This document shows positions 62,073 through 64,000 of a stretch of DNA of 64,000 nt, one piece after another. The stretch spans positions 36,934 through 100,933 of the IMG/VR virus record IMGVR_UViG_3300021387_001019; one strand, 5' to 3'. Source of the stretch: a virus. Taxonomy: Duplodnaviria > Caudoviricetes. Under the pieces are notes generated by a model, which did not search any database, was not told the origin of the DNA, and worked only from the letters and a program-made list of their open reading frames with translations. Numbering within the stretch: position 1 is the stretch's first letter; each line of letters starts with the position of its first letter. The translations under genes and the position numbers were made by a program.

Positions 62073-64000
62073 CAAGGTGATAATTTATGAGAGTAACAAT
62101 AACCGATGAGACATATACACCATCGCCGCAAGATATGGCGGATGAGTTTTGGAATAGTGACGCCAATAGACAGGCAGAAATATTATATTCATTGACGCTG
62201 ATTTACAAATACAATATAGCAGATTTTTGTAATCAAATGTTTGCCGTAGGACAAGAACTAAGTGATTACGATGACGAAAGAGCAGATATTTTGCATTGTT
62301 TAAAAGAAATGATTAATCAGATTAAAAGATAAAATGATTTTTTAAAAGAAAGACATATTATGACCGAGAAAAAATTATATACTTGTGATATTTGTAAAAC
62401 TGATTATGCCAGTAAAGAAAAGGCTGTTGAATGCGAAAAGAATCATAAGCTATTAGAAACTGCGACAATAGTTGGAGTTTATAAATCTATGAACTCCATC
62501 CCAGATGGTGTTCCTACAAAAATAAGAGTTAAATTTAAAGGTATTGATGAGTTTATAGAATACAGGAGATAAAGAGGACTAAAAAATGAAGTGGGAATAT
62601 ATCAAACAAGATAAAATCTGGAAGAAGCAGCTTTATCATTATTGGTCAACTGTTACTGATGAATGGGGAACATCTTCTGATGAACGGTTTAATTATAAAA
62701 TTGATATATATTTATATAAATGTTTTTCGTTTAGAGAAGGTTTTTGGTATCAAGTAAAAGTCCCAAATTTTGTAGCTAATTATAAAAACATTGGTACGGT
62801 TTTGGATTTACTATTTAGATATATTTACGTAGATGGTGGAACACCTTGTTACCAAAGACTGGAAGATGAACTTATGAGAAAAGACTTGTGGAAACGATTG
62901 GGTAGCTGATAAAAAATATTTAATGGAGGAACAGTAATGACAGACGAAAAAGCACTTGAAGCATTTAAGAATCTATATAATGAAATAGACAAAGATAACC
63001 ATCTGTTTGTTGGAACGATTAATCCAGAATTAATCAAGGTAGCAATTAAGGCTTTGGAATATAAAAATTAGTAGCAGAATTATTGTAGACGAAATAACGA
63101 TAGAATGAATTATTAATAAGGAGAAATATTATGATAATTATTCCTTACCTTAGATCCGGTTGTCTGGATCCTACGAAGCATTTTAATACTATTAGAGATG
63201 CTGTGGAGTGGGCGTTTAATGATATGTATATACAGCCGGATAATACAGATACTATTCAAAAAAGATTTAGAATTATTGATACAGAAGAGGATTTTACGGT
63301 TTCGTTTAGTAAAAAAGATGGGGATATAATTGCTCCTGTTGGATGGTTTGGACTTTGCGGAACAAAAAATCTCGGATGAGTTTTTAAGGAGGAATAAAGT
63401 GGAAACAAGAATGTCAGGGGAAATTCGGAAAATCGGGGAAATCTGTGGTACAGGTCAAGAATTCATGGACTGGGTATGCGAAACTCTTGCAAATAAAGGG
63501 CTTCTGTACGAGATATTTGTAGAAGGCCCAATGTATGACTTTAATATAAAAGTTTACAAATTCTAATAAAATAAGTTTTAAGTCTGCGGTGGCGGAACAG
63601 GTATACGCTTAAACGTAAGAGCCTAACAAACAGGAATTTCATTAAAAGGTTTCCTTTCCGCTCACTGATAAATGTAAGGAAAAACTTAATTTAGATACCT
63701 GTGTTTCTTCTGATTTGCCGGTATCTAAAATCTCTAAAACACAGATATAATAACGAATTCTACATAATTAGATATAAGGAGAACGAGATATGAATACTTG
63801 TCCAAATTGTGGCGCTCAAGTTGTTGGCAGAAAGTGTGAATACTGCGGGACAGTGTTTGATAATATATCTCTGGATTATAATCAAATATTAAATCATCAA
63901 TATGAACAGCTTAAACAAGTGCAAAAATCATTAGAAGTACAACTTGCTATGGAAGAGTTATCAAATCACATAAAAGAACAACAACTAAAAACATGCCACG

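Larger units (their letters stand above)
47609..63566 (+). other. Long run of small accessory hypothetical ORFs (many with CxxC pairs)
   Basis: Dense + strand ORFs of about 60-190 aa with RBSs; few recognisable families. Confidence 0.7.
1..64000 (+). mobile_element. Segment of a large SPbeta-like temperate phage/prophage (early, lysogeny-control, replication and accessory regions)
   Basis: Dense co-oriented small ORFs with Bacillota-type RBS (GGAGG). Phage-type replisome with DnaE, LigA, tRNAs, and a tyrosine recombinase plus MrpR/YopR-like repressor. No host housekeeping operons. Confidence 0.9.

Noticed and set aside
436-63037. Minus-strand ORFs in the six-frame track
   Set aside because: They are antisense shadows of + strand genes or RNAs, with no RBS or recognisable motifs.
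1-64000. Genome-wide TAG-to-Gln reassignment (code 15)
   Set aside because: Long genes have no internal TAG, and readthrough at 4279 and 60571 would fuse genes that have their own RBS. Only local or conditional readthrough is kept as a hypothesis.

Overview
This AT-rich window is a segment of a large temperate Bacillota (probably Clostridia/Lachnospiraceae-type) phage with SPbeta-like organisation. All credible genes are on the + strand, and no virion or lysis genes are present. In order it holds: small early ORFs; a lysogeny-control block (tyrosine recombinase, DGQHR/ParB-like protein, MrpR/YopR-like repressor); a tRNA/ncRNA island; three 'NSSS' paralogs with a radical SAM enzyme; a replisome (AAA ATPase, SSB, helicase, primase, PD-(D/E)XK nuclease, DnaE, ERCC4); a vWA/PurA-like/macrodomain/PARP operon; Thg1, LigA and an RNA ligase; and many small hypothetical ORFs. 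There are two standout signals. (1) A compact type V CRISPR locus: a 5-spacer array, a predicted tracrRNA with a split anti-repeat, and a ~584-aa Cas12f-like nuclease with intact RuvC motifs, with no cas1/cas2. (2) Five copies of a ~135-nt structured element (218-353 and four in tandem at 1919-2515) whose stems differ in sequence yet keep their pairing, while the unpaired motifs are conserved; I cannot assign it to a known family. Other findings: in-frame TAG codons in two nuclease genes, tRNA-Ile(UAU), a tRNA scaffold with a structured insert in place of the anticodon loop, a ~365-nt structured RNA, a recurrent operator-like motif and a recurrent palindromic gene-boundary motif. All calls come from manual motif reading; no database searches were run.
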